From Candidatus Saccharimonadota bacterium (lineage in GTDB: Archaea > Nanobdellota > Nanobdellia > Pacearchaeales > GW2011-AR1), in the NCBI GenBank assembly GCA_026002795.1, contig BPGA01000001.1, positions 90,001 to 122,000 of the forward strand: DNA of 32,000 bases, given 5' to 3'. The notes under the pieces were generated by a model. It was not told the origin of the DNA and searched no databases. It saw nothing but the letters and a program-made list of their open reading frames with translations. A program made the translations under genes and the position numbers. Of this stretch, positions 22,377 to 30,846 are shown piece after piece (within the stretch, counting starts at the first letter, position 1; every line of letters starts with the position of its first letter).

Positions 22377-22856
22377 ATGAAGATTTTTATTGTTCAAGCT
22401 AATGATTTTCAAAAAGCATCTAAAGAAATAAAATTTCATAAAGAAAAAAATTCTTTAATAGTTGTTGAAAGCACTAATTATGATATTACAAAGAAAATCT
22501 TAGAAAGACACAAGGCTGATATCTTACTCGTTCCTCTTTTAGGAAAAAAAGATAAAATGAAGCAGTTAGATTCTGGATTTGATAGTGTTTTAGCTAGAAT
22601 ATGTAAAAAAAATAATGTTGCTTTAGGCATAAATTTGGAAGAATTTTTTAAATCAAAATCTTTTAAAGAGAAATCAAACATAATTTCAAGGATAAAACAA
22701 AATATAAAGTTATGCAATAAATATAAAATAAGTATTGTATTTTTTTCAGAAAGAAAAAGAGATTTATATGACTTAAAAGCTTTTTGTATTGTTTTGGGTT
22801 TGCAAACTTTTCTAGTTAAAAATATTAATTTTTATAAAATTGGTATAAATCAATAA
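22377..22856 (+). CDS. rnp3: RNase P protein component 3 (Rpp30 family), short form
   Basis: GFDSVLARICKKNNVALGINLEEFF and NIKLCNKYKISIVFFSE align with the remembered Pyrococcus Rpp30 segments [21 protein letters not shown] and LVEKYKVRRFLTSSA. Confidence 0.7.
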   Translation: MKIFIVQANDFQKASKEIKFHKEKNSLIVVESTNYDITKKILERHKADILLVPLLGKKDKMKQLDSGFDSVLARICKKNNVALGINLEEFFKSKSFKEKSNIISRIKQNIKLCNKYKISIVFFSERKRDLYDLKAFCIVLGLQTFLVKNINFYKIGINQ

Positions 22857-22904
22857 TTTACAAATAAACAAAATATTTTTAAGAATTAGTAACGCTTCTT
22901 TATA

Positions 22905-24452
22905 ATGAGCGAAACAAAAAATGGAAATAAAAATGAAGATAAAAAACTAAAAAAAGTTTTAGAATCATTAAGCCCAAACGAGAGGAGAATTTTACCACAT
23001 TTAACTTTAGGAAAAGTAACTGAAATATGTAAAAGATCTAATCTAGATAAAGTTTCTGTTTTAAGAGCTATAGATTATCTTTCAAACAAAGGTATTATTA
23101 AAATTTCAAGAAAAACAGAAAAAATTGTTAGCCTTGATACAAATGGAATTTTTTATAGAAAAAAAGGGCTTCCTGAAAGAAGATTACTTGATTTATTAAA
23201 TGAAAAAAGAATAATCTCTATAGATGATGCAAAAAAAGAAACTAATCTTTTAGAAGATGAATTTGAAGCTTCTTTAGGAATTTTAAAAAGAAAAAATTTT
23301 ATTGAAATTAAAAAAGGAAAAATATTTTTGATAGCAAATAAAGAGGAAATAGCAAAAAAAACAGAAGAAGAGATTTTTTTAGAAAACCTTCCTTTAAATT
23401 ATGATTCTTTAAGTGATGAACAAACCAGGGTTTTAAAAGCATTACAAAAAAGAAAAAAAATTGTCTCAATTAAAGAGGCTAAGAAAGTAGAAATAGAATT
23501 AACTGATTTTGGTAAAAAAGTTTTAATGTATAATGTAAAAGATAAAAATCTAATAGAGCAAATAACCCCTGAAATTTTAAAAAATTCTTCTTGGAAAGGT
23601 AAAAATTTTAGAAGATATGAAGTAGAATTGCCTGTGCCAAAAATTTATGGCGGAAAAAGACATTTTGTTAGTCAGGCTACAGATTATGCAAGAAAAATTT
23701 GGACTCAAATGGGGTTTAAAGAAATGAAAGGAGACCTCATTGTCAGCTCTTTTTGGAATTTTGATGCTTTATTTACTCCTCAAGATCATTCTGTAAGAGA
23801 GATGCAAGATACTTTTTTTTTAAATTTAGAAGAGGAAATCGAAGATAAAAAATTATTAGAAAAAGTCAAAGAAAGTCATGAAAAGGGCGTTGATGGAGGT
23901 TCTGGATGGAAATATTTATGGAAAGAAGAAGAAGCAAAAAAACTTATATTGAGGACACATACAACATGCCTCTCTGCTCAAACTCTTTCAAAAATCAATA
24001 AAGAGGATCTTCCACAAAAATTCTTTGCAATAGGAAAGTGTTTTAGAAATGAAACTTTAGATTGGAGTCATGGTTTTGAATTTAATCAGACAGAAGGAAT
24101 TGTTGTTGATAGAAACGCAAATTTCAGGCATTTGTTAGGTTATCTGAAAGAGTTTTTCAGAAAAATGGGTTTTGAAAAGATAAGATTTAGGCCAAGCTAT
24201 TTTCCATACACAGAACCAAGTGTAGAGATTGATGTATGGGTTCCTGAAAAAAAAGTCTGGTTAGAGTTAGGTGGTGCTGGAATTTTTAGGCCAGAGGTTG
24301 TTATTCCTCTTCTAGGAGAAAAAATAACTGTTTTGGCTTGGGGTCCTGGATTTGACAGGATGTTAATGAATTATTACAACATTAAAGATCTTAGAGAACT
24401 TTACAAAAATAATATTAATCAACTTAGAAAAATAAAATTTTGGCTAAAATAA
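22905..24452 (+). CDS. pheS: phenylalanyl-tRNA synthetase alpha subunit, archaeal type
   Basis: Class II motifs: RTHTTCLSAQ, FAIGKCFRNE, FNQTEGIVVD, FRPSYFPYTEPSVEIDV, GAGIFRPEV. Confidence 0.93.
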   Translation: MSETKNGNKNEDKKLKKVLESLSPNERRILPHLTLGKVTEICKRSNLDKVSVLRAIDYLSNKGIIKISRKTEKIVSLDTNGIFYRKKGLPERRLLDLLNEKRIISIDDAKKETNLLEDEFEASLGILKRKNFIEIKKGKIFLIANKEEIAKKTEEEIFLENLPLNYDSLSDEQTRVLKALQKRKKIVSIKEAKKVEIELTDFGKKVLMYNVKDKNLIEQITPEILKNSSWKGKNFRRYEVELPVPKIYGGKRHFVSQATDYARKIWTQMGFKEMKGDLIVSSFWNFDALFTPQDHSVREMQDTFFLNLEEEIEDKKLLEKVKESHEKGVDGGSGWKYLWKEEEAKKLILRTHTTCLSAQTLSKINKEDLPQKFFAIGKCFRNETLDWSHGFEFNQTEGIVVDRNANFRHLLGYLKEFFRKMGFEKIRFRPSYFPYTEPSVEIDVWVPEKKVWLELGGAGIFRPEVVIPLLGEKITVLAWGPGFDRMLMNYYNIKDLRELYKNNINQLRKIKFWLK

Positions 24453-24464
24453 TTTTGAAATAAA

Positions 24465-26141
24465 ATGGCAATTGTAACTTTCAATAGAGATTTATTTGAA
24501 AAAGAAATAGGAAAACTTGATGAAAACTTACAAAACAAAATAGCTATGTTTGGCACACCTATAGAGAAAATTGATGAAAAAGAAATTCATCTTGAAATTT
24601 TTCCTAATAGACCTGATTTACTTTCTTATTACAATTTTAGAAGAGCTTTTTTATCTTTTTTGGGAAAGGCAAAAGGATTAAAAAAATATAAAATAAAAAA
24701 ACCAGAAAGTAATTTTGAGGTTATAATTGATAGTTCTGTAAAAGATGTAAGACCATTCACAGCTTGTGCTATTGTAAAAAATTTAGATTTTGATGAAGAA
24801 AAAATAAAAGATATTATAGAATTGCAAGAAAAAATACATTTTACTGTTGGCAGAAAAAGGAAAAAAGTGGCTATAGGAATTTATCCTTTAGAAAAAATAA
24901 AATTGCCTATAACATTCAAAGCTTTAGAACCCGATAAAATAAAATTTGTTCCTTTAGATTTTGATAAAGAAATGTCTGGTCTTGAAATTTTGCAGAGACA
25001 TCCAAAAGGTAGAGAATTTTCTGAATTGCTTGCTGGAAAAGTAAAATTTCCTATTTTTGTTGATTCTGCTGGAGAAATTCTTAGTATGCCTCCAATAATT
25101 AATTCTAAAAAAACAGGAAAGATAACAACTGAAACAAAAGATGTTTTTGTAGAGTGTTCCGGGTTTGATTTTGATTTATTAAAATCTTGTTTGAATATTT
25201 TAGTTTCATCTCTCGCAGAGATGGGTGGCCAAATCTACCAAATGAAATTAAAATACAAAAAACCAGAAATTACTCCTAATTTCACTCCAAAAAAAATTAA
25301 AATTTCTTTAAAAAATGTAAACTTTCTTTTAGGATTAAATCTAAATGAAAAACAGATTAAAATTTTAGTTGAAAAAATGGGTCACGATTACAAAAAAAAT
25401 TTTGTTGAGATTGCTCCGTGGAGGATTGATATTCTTCATGAAGTAGATATTATAGAGGACATAGCTATAGCTTATGGGTACGAAAATTTTGTTCCGGAAA
25501 TTCCTAAAATAGATGGTTTTGGAGAAGAAGATAAAAAAGAATCTTTAAAAGAAAAAATTTCTAACATTTTAGTTGGTTTAGGTTTTCTCGAGGTATGTAG
25601 TTTTCATTTAACAAGACAAAATGATCAATTTGGAAAAATGGGAATACAAAAAAAGTTTAATGATTCTTTGAAAGTAGTTTCTGCTAAAACAGAATATTCT
25701 ATATTAAGAGAAAACCTTTCTCATATACTTCTTAGAATTCTTTCAGAAAATGTAGATGCAGAATACCCTCAAAAGATTTTTGAAATCGGAAAGATTTTCA
25801 AGATTGTTAAAGAAAAAGAAGGTTTTTTTATTAAATCAGAACGTAAAAAAATTTTAGAAGAAGAGAGTTTATGTATTGCCCTCTCTCCTGGAAATTATAC
25901 TGAAATAAGACGGGTTTTAGAGTATTTATTTAATTCTATTGATAAGAAAATAGAAATAAAAGAGTCAGAAAAAGCGCCTAATTATTTTATTGAGGGAAGA
26001 GTTGCTGAAATATTTTTCGAGGGAAAATCTATTGGATATATGGGAGAAGTACATCCAAAAATTCTTGAAAATTGGAAAATTAGAATGCCTGTGGCTATTG
26101 CAGAAATAAACATAAATTATGTTTTAGAAAGTTTATTATAA
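24465..26141 (+). CDS. pheT: phenylalanyl-tRNA synthetase beta subunit, archaeal type
   Basis: EIFPNRPDLLSY, a B3/B4 domain, and APWRIDILHEVDIIEDIAIAYGY. It lies immediately downstream of pheS. Confidence 0.92.
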   Translation: MAIVTFNRDLFEKEIGKLDENLQNKIAMFGTPIEKIDEKEIHLEIFPNRPDLLSYYNFRRAFLSFLGKAKGLKKYKIKKPESNFEVIIDSSVKDVRPFTACAIVKNLDFDEEKIKDIIELQEKIHFTVGRKRKKVAIGIYPLEKIKLPITFKALEPDKIKFVPLDFDKEMSGLEILQRHPKGREFSELLAGKVKFPIFVDSAGEILSMPPIINSKKTGKITTETKDVFVECSGFDFDLLKSCLNILVSSLAEMGGQIYQMKLKYKKPEITPNFTPKKIKISLKNVNFLLGLNLNEKQIKILVEKMGHDYKKNFVEIAPWRIDILHEVDIIEDIAIAYGYENFVPEIPKIDGFGEEDKKESLKEKISNILVGLGFLEVCSFHLTRQNDQFGKMGIQKKFNDSLKVVSAKTEYSILRENLSHILLRILSENVDAEYPQKIFEIGKIFKIVKEKEGFFIKSERKKILEEESLCIALSPGNYTEIRRVLEYLFNSIDKKIEIKESEKAPNYFIEGRVAEIFFEGKSIGYMGEVHPKILENWKIRMPVAIAEININYVLESLL

Positions 26142-26191
26142 TTTAAAATTAATATGTTTAAGGAATTTATATTTTTAAGAATTTTAGATTT

Positions 26192-26680
26192 TTAACCAAA
26201 ATATCCTCTTGTGTTGTTTTCTTTTTTTGAATCAAAACTTTTTTCAACTTTTTCCAAGATATTAAAAAAATTTTTTTTAGTATTTTGCCAAAAATTATAG
26301 CTTTCTTTTATAAATTCTGCTTCTTTTTCTTCTGAAAAAAATACGTCAAGTTTTATGTATTCAATTTCCATTTTTGTTATTTTTTTATGTATTTCTGAAA
26401 GAATCTTTTTATCATCTTGATTTATTGCTTTTAATATAAAAATAGTGAACATTGAAGGATTAGTTGGGTTAATTAAGCTTTCAATGAATCTTGCTACCCT
26501 AAACAAAAAATCTGCAACCTTAATCCTAATATGTCTTATTAAAAAATCTGTTTCTTTGTTTGAAATTTCTTCTATCCAAAATTCTTCATTAAGCTCTTTA
26601 AAGGTTGGTAATTTATACTTTTTTTTAAGCAATTCGTAACTTTTTTTCATATTTTCTAAGCTGTTTTCTTTTTTTACCAT
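26192..26680 (-). CDS. hypothetical protein
   Basis: ORF track, 162 aa. It starts 18 nt downstream of tRNA-Thr on the same strand, so co-transcription is possible. Confidence 0.6.
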   Translation of the reverse strand: MVKKENSLENMKKSYELLKKKYKLPTFKELNEEFWIEEISNKETDFLIRHIRIKVADFLFRVARFIESLINPTNPSMFTIFILKAINQDDKKILSEIHKKITKMEIEYIKLDVFFSEEKEAEFIKESYNFWQNTKKNFFNILEKVEKSFDSKKENNTRGYFG

Positions 26681-26698
26681 TTTAAAAATAATTACTTA

Positions 26699-26772
26699 AG
26701 CCTGTGCTGAGATTTGAACTCAGGACCTCGACATTACCAATGTCGCGCTCTAACCAACTGAGCTACACAGGC
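26699..26772 (-). tRNA. tRNA-Thr, anticodon GGU
   Basis: The reverse complement folds as GCCTGTG-TA-GCTC-AGTTGGTTA-GAGC-G-CGACA-TTGGTAA-TGTCG-AGGTC-CTGAG-TTCAAAT-CTCAG-CACAGGC-T. Confidence 0.9.
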
Positions 26773-26834
26773 ACACTTTTAAAAATAAAAACTTAAGAAT
26801 TTAAATTTATCTTTTTACCTTAGTTGATTCTTGA

Positions 26835-27089
26835 TTACTTTTTTCCTGATTTAATAATTAAAAGCAGTATTAAAGATATTAAAAAAGCCAAAACTAAAAA
26901 TCCAAAGATTATTGAAAGAAGACCAAAAAAGTTTATGAACAGTTCAGAAGTTGAAACGCTATAAAAAATTCCAGAGATAATAAAAAGTATAAGAAATAAA
27001 GCTAAATTCTTCCATGCAAAACTAATCCTTCTTTCTATGTTTGATAATTTTGTTGATGGCTTTGACTTTTTTACTTTATTTTTAGCCAT
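26835..27089 (-). CDS. small membrane protein (two TM helices)
   Basis: ORF track, 84 aa, with a basic N-terminus followed by two hydrophobic helices. Confidence 0.55.
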   Translation of the reverse strand: MAKNKVKKSKPSTKLSNIERRISFAWKNLALFLILFIISGIFYSVSTSELFINFFGLLSIIFGFLVLAFLISLILLLIIKSGKK

Positions 27090-27111
27090 TATCTTTAAAA
27101 TAAAAAATAGT

Positions 27112-27432
27112 TTATAAAACTATCCCTAACAAAACTTTTATTGTTTCGTTTTTTGCACTCCAGTCTTTTTTTATAGCATAAGAAGTTATATCAACAAAGT
27201 TTTTCATGGTTGTAAGAAGCCAATATAAATAAATTTTAATTCCATCAAGTATTCCTCCAATTGTAAAAGGGATATTGTTTTCTATAAAAACATAAGCTAT
27301 ACTAATAACTAAAAAAACTGTTAGTGTTATAGCAAAAAAAGTTGCAGCTGATTGCTTCTTTTTTATTAAAGTGCTAACTAAAAAAATCACAAGAATAATT
27401 ATCGCAACAAAAATCCATGCTGAAATTGCCAT
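27112..27432 (-). CDS. small membrane protein
   Basis: ORF track, 106 aa, with three hydrophobic segments. Confidence 0.55.
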   Translation of the reverse strand: MAISAWIFVAIIILVIFLVSTLIKKKQSAATFFAITLTVFLVISIAYVFIENNIPFTIGGILDGIKIYLYWLLTTMKNFVDITSYAIKKDWSAKNETIKVLLGIVL

Positions 27433-27571
27433 AAATTATCTTAATCTTTATTTTATATAAACTTTCTGTTTTTTGCTTTTTTTATTGGCTTAAAATAAAA
27501 GTTTAATAAGAGATTAACTTTAAAAAATTGGAATTTTTAGAAGTTAATTGATAAGATAAAAGAACTTTCAA

Positions 27572-27644
27572 AGCCCTGTAGTTCAGTGGTCAAGAATGGC
27601 GCGCTCTGGCCGCGCAGACCCAGGTTCGAATCCTGGCAGGGCTA
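27572..27644 (+). tRNA. tRNA-Gln, anticodon CUG
   Basis: Acceptor AGCCCTG/CAGGGCT (A1-U72) plus A. Anticodon arm GCGCG-CTCTGGC-CGCGC. T arm CCAGG-TTCGAAT-CCTGG. Confidence 0.88.
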
Positions 27645-27720
27645 TCTTTATTTTTTTAGAAAATTAATATTATAGAATAAAAAGTTATAATTGGTTTTTG
27701 TTATAAAATAAAAAGAATTC

Positions 27721-27876
27721 TTATAACTTAATTCTTAACTCTTCTGCGCTCTTTAAGTCTTTGTTATGTTGGTCAAGCCTTCCGCTAAGTAGACAGTCAA
27801 AACAAGTATGTACCTCACCGCTTTTTTCTTTTACTATTCCTGTATTATTACATTTAGGACAAACCTCTTCTGCCAT
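27721..27876 (-). CDS. small zinc-ribbon-like protein (CPxC...CxxC), 51 aa, not in the ORF track
   Basis: Hand translation gives MAEEVCPKCNNTGIVKEKSGEVHTCFDCLLSGRLDQHNKDLKSAEELRIKL followed by a stop. It has four Cys residues in two CxxC pairs. Confidence 0.5.
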   Translation of the reverse strand: MAEEVCPKCNNTGIVKEKSGEVHTCFDCLLSGRLDQHNKDLKSAEELRIKL

Positions 27877-27978
27877 ATAAATCTTAAAATATTAGTAAAT
27901 TTAAATATTTCGGAAGTTAAAAAGATAGTTTAGAAACAATAAGCTTATATACCTGTGTTTTTATATTTAATAAATAAA

Positions 27979-28230
27979 ATGGCAGAAAAAGAGATTGGAA
28001 AAGTTTCTAGTTATTTTAGCCATGTTGGTGTTGCTGCTGTAAAGCTAACATCTAATCTAAAGGTTGGAGACAAAATACATATAAAAGGCCATACAACAGA
28101 CTTCCAAACTGTTGTAAAAAGCATGCAAATAGAAAAGAAAGATGTAAAAACAGCAAAAGCGGGAGACCATGTTGGAATAAAGGTTCCTGAAAGAGTAAGG
28201 CCTAATGATGTAGTTTATCTTGTAAGTTAG
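27979..28230 (+). CDS. EF-Tu domain-2-like small beta-barrel protein (translation-factor-like)
   Basis: MAEKEIGKVSSYFSHVGVAAVKLTSNLKVGDKIHIKG...AKAGDHVGIKV is the pattern of the stand-alone archaeal elongation-factor-like proteins. The track start at 27955 is a GTG; the ATG at 27979 is more plausible. Confidence 0.55.
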   Translation: MAEKEIGKVSSYFSHVGVAAVKLTSNLKVGDKIHIKGHTTDFQTVVKSMQIEKKDVKTAKAGDHVGIKVPERVRPNDVVYLVS

Positions 28231-28368
28231 ATTTTAGTGTTAGATGTTAGTCAGATTAACATTTTAGTTAGATTTAGATGAAAACGACAAAAAGAAAGAA
28301 AAAACAGTTATAATTTTTAATCTATTTTTTAAATAGATTTTTTAAGTTTAAATTAAGTTAATTTAAAA

Positions 28369-29007
28369 ATGGAAGACCGCAGAATTAATAAGGCTCATCA
28401 CAGGTTAATAAGAAAACACGCTCCTAAAAGCATTAAAAAAATAAAAAGATTTTTTTATTTTAAGTATTATAAGTTTATTTTTTTCCTTTTTTTGGTATTA
28501 TTAGCTTATTATATTTTTAGTCTTAATTTTACAAAAAGCTTTATAGAAAATTTAGAAGAATTTAGTTATATCGGAAGTTTTATTGCTGGTTTTTTTATGG
28601 CTTATGGTTTTTCAGCTCCTTTTGGGATTGCTTATTTTTTAATTTTGGAATCGAAAAATTTAATATTTCATGCAATTTTAGGAGGAATTGGAGCTGCTTT
28701 TGGAGATTTTGTTATTTTTAAATTTATTAAGTTGTCTTTAAAAAAGGAATTCTATGAATTAAAAAAAGTAAGTATTATAAAGGGTATAGAAAATGCAATA
28801 AAAAACAATAAAAACATCTTAATTAGACATTATTTGATTTATGTTTTTGCAGGCATAATTATTGCTCTTCCGGTTTTTCCTGACGAATTTGGTGTTTCAA
28901 TGCTCGCTGGATTAACGACTGTAAAGATTAAAAAACTTTTAATTATCGCTTTTATTTTACATAGTTTAGCTATTTTTTTAATTTTATATTTTGGTTTTGT
29001 ATTTTAG
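28369..29007 (+). CDS. hypothetical multi-pass membrane protein
   Basis: ORF track, 212 aa, with a basic N-terminus followed by 5-6 hydrophobic helices. Confidence 0.65.
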   Translation: MEDRRINKAHHRLIRKHAPKSIKKIKRFFYFKYYKFIFFLFLVLLAYYIFSLNFTKSFIENLEEFSYIGSFIAGFFMAYGFSAPFGIAYFLILESKNLIFHAILGGIGAAFGDFVIFKFIKLSLKKEFYELKKVSIIKGIENAIKNNKNILIRHYLIYVFAGIIIALPVFPDEFGVSMLAGLTTVKIKKLLIIAFILHSLAIFLILYFGFVF

Positions 29008-29074
29008 TTTAATTATAACAAAACTCTTTTAAAGAAAAAACACTCTATTTTAAAAAATTTAAATAAATTTTAAA

Positions 29075-29147
29075 GCCCCTGTAGTTCAGTGGCCAAGAAT
29101 GCAGCCCTCTCACGGCTGTGACCCGAGTTCGAATCTCGGCGGGGGCG
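29075..29147 (+). tRNA. tRNA-Glu, anticodon CUC
   Basis: Acceptor GCCCCTG/CGGGGGC plus G. Anticodon arm CAGCC-CTCTCAC-GGCTG. T arm CCGAG-TTCGAAT-CTCGG. Confidence 0.9.
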
Positions 29148-29163
29148 TTTTTTATTTATTTGT

Positions 29164-29502
29164 TTATTTATTGTTGTTTTTTAAAGATGTATAAAAAGAA
29201 TAAAAAGAATCCAATTCCTCTAATGTTATTGGGTAATCAACCCACAATTTTTCTTTTTCTTCTTCTGGTTTTTCTAAAGTTTTAATATCATCTCTTTGAT
29301 TTATTCTAAAACCTAAATATAAAAATTGAGATGCAAGTCCTTCTAAATTTTCATCAACAATTACTCTTCTTTTAAAAAATAACCTATTGCTATTTTTAAA
29401 TTCTGCAATTGCTGCATACGATTTTTCTCCATTAAAAAACTCTCTTCTAGAAAGAGTACATTTAACATAAAAAGGTTTTATTTTTAATTTTTTCTCGTTC
29501 AT
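29164..29502 (-). CDS. hypothetical protein
   Basis: ORF track, 112 aa, no recognisable motif. Confidence 0.5.
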   Translation of the reverse strand: MNEKKLKIKPFYVKCTLSRREFFNGEKSYAAIAEFKNSNRLFFKRRVIVDENLEGLASQFLYLGFRINQRDDIKTLEKPEEEKEKLWVDYPITLEELDSFYSFYTSLKNNNK

Positions 29503-29605
29503 TTTAATAATTTTTTTTATTTTAAAATTATTTTTAAAATTTGTTGAAATTGAGTTGAATAATCTATCTAGAAAATTTTAAAAATAAGATTTTCCAGATT
29601 TTTAT

Positions 29606-29722
29606 ATGAAAAGAAGTTCAAGAAGGTGGAAAAAAAAGCGCCAGATGAGGTGGAAATGGCAGCGTAAAAGATTAAAAAAAGAAAAGAGAAAAAGAAAACT
29701 TAAAAGATTAAGAAGCAAATAA
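29606..29722 (+). CDS. rpl41e: ribosomal protein L41e, 38 aa, not in the ORF track
   Basis: Hand translation gives MKRSSRRWKKKRQMRWKWQRKRLKKEKRKRKLKRLRSK followed by a stop. The RRWKKK.RMRWKW core is the L41e signature as I remember it. Confidence 0.75.
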   Translation: MKRSSRRWKKKRQMRWKWQRKRLKKEKRKRKLKRLRSK

Positions 29723-29822
29723 GAAAACTAAAATAAGTTATTTTATATGAATTCTTTTAAATTTTTTTAAAATTTCTTTCTTAAACAACAATATTTATTA
29801 ACTGTTCACGATAAAAAAAGAT

Positions 29823-30785
29823 ATGGTATCTGAAATATGGACAGAAAAATATAGGCCTTCTAAGTTTTCAGAGGTTGTCGGACAAGACGATGTTGTGAAA
29901 AGAATTGAATCTTTAGTTAATTCTTTGAACATTCCTCATTTACTCTTTGCTGGACCTGCTGGAACAGGTAAGTCAACTCTTGCTTTAATAATAGTTAAAG
30001 AACTTTTTGGTCAAAATTGGAAAGAGAATTATCTTGAATTGAATGCTTCTGATGAAAGGGGGATTAATGTAATTAGGGAAAAAGTCAAGAGTTTTGCAAG
30101 AACAAAATCTATAGGAAATGCTCCTTTTAAAGTAATTTTTTTAGATGAGGCTGATGCTCTAACTCCAGAAGCTCAGCACGCTTTAAGAAGAACAATGGAA
30201 AATTTTTCAGGAACTTGTAGATTTATTCTTTCTTGCAATTACTCTACAAAAATAATAGATCCTATACAATCGAGATGTGCTTTGTTTAGATTTAAACTTT
30301 TAGAAAAAAAAGATATTGAAAAAGTACTTAAAAGAATTGCAGAAAAAGAAAAATTAGAAATAAAAGAAGAGTCTATTGAACTTATTTATGAAAGCAGCGA
30401 GGGAGATTGTAGAAGAGCAATAAACATTTTACAAGCAATTTCTTCTATTTCACCTGTTATAACGCCAGAACTTGTCTCTGCTGTTGTTTCTGGAGCAAAA
30501 CCAAAAGATATCAGAGTTGTTTTAGATTATGCTATTTCGGGAGATTTTCAGTCAGCTAGAGAAAAACTTCTTGATATTATGTTGCGTGAGAGCATTTCAG
30601 GCCAAGATGTTATAAAACATATACAAAAAGAAATTTGGAATCTACCTATAGAACCAACACTAAAAGTCAAATTAATAGAAAAAACAGGAGAAATTGAATT
30701 TAGAATTGTAGAAGGCAGCGATCCTTTTGTACAACTTCAGAGCCTTCTTGCTAGTTTTGTTCTTGCTGGTAGGGGTTTAGATTAA
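29823..30785 (+). CDS. rfcS: replication factor C small subunit
   Basis: Motifs seen: WTEKYRP, LLFAGPAGTGKST, FLDEADALT, SRC, GDCRRAIN. Confidence 0.93.
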   Translation: MVSEIWTEKYRPSKFSEVVGQDDVVKRIESLVNSLNIPHLLFAGPAGTGKSTLALIIVKELFGQNWKENYLELNASDERGINVIREKVKSFARTKSIGNAPFKVIFLDEADALTPEAQHALRRTMENFSGTCRFILSCNYSTKIIDPIQSRCALFRFKLLEKKDIEKVLKRIAEKEKLEIKEESIELIYESSEGDCRRAINILQAISSISPVITPELVSAVVSGAKPKDIRVVLDYAISGDFQSAREKLLDIMLRESISGQDVIKHIQKEIWNLPIEPTLKVKLIEKTGEIEFRIVEGSDPFVQLQSLLASFVLAGRGLD

Positions 30786-30846
30786 ATTTTTTTAGATTAA
30801 AAAATTTTTAATATAGAAAGTAAATTAGTATAATAAATTAAACAAA

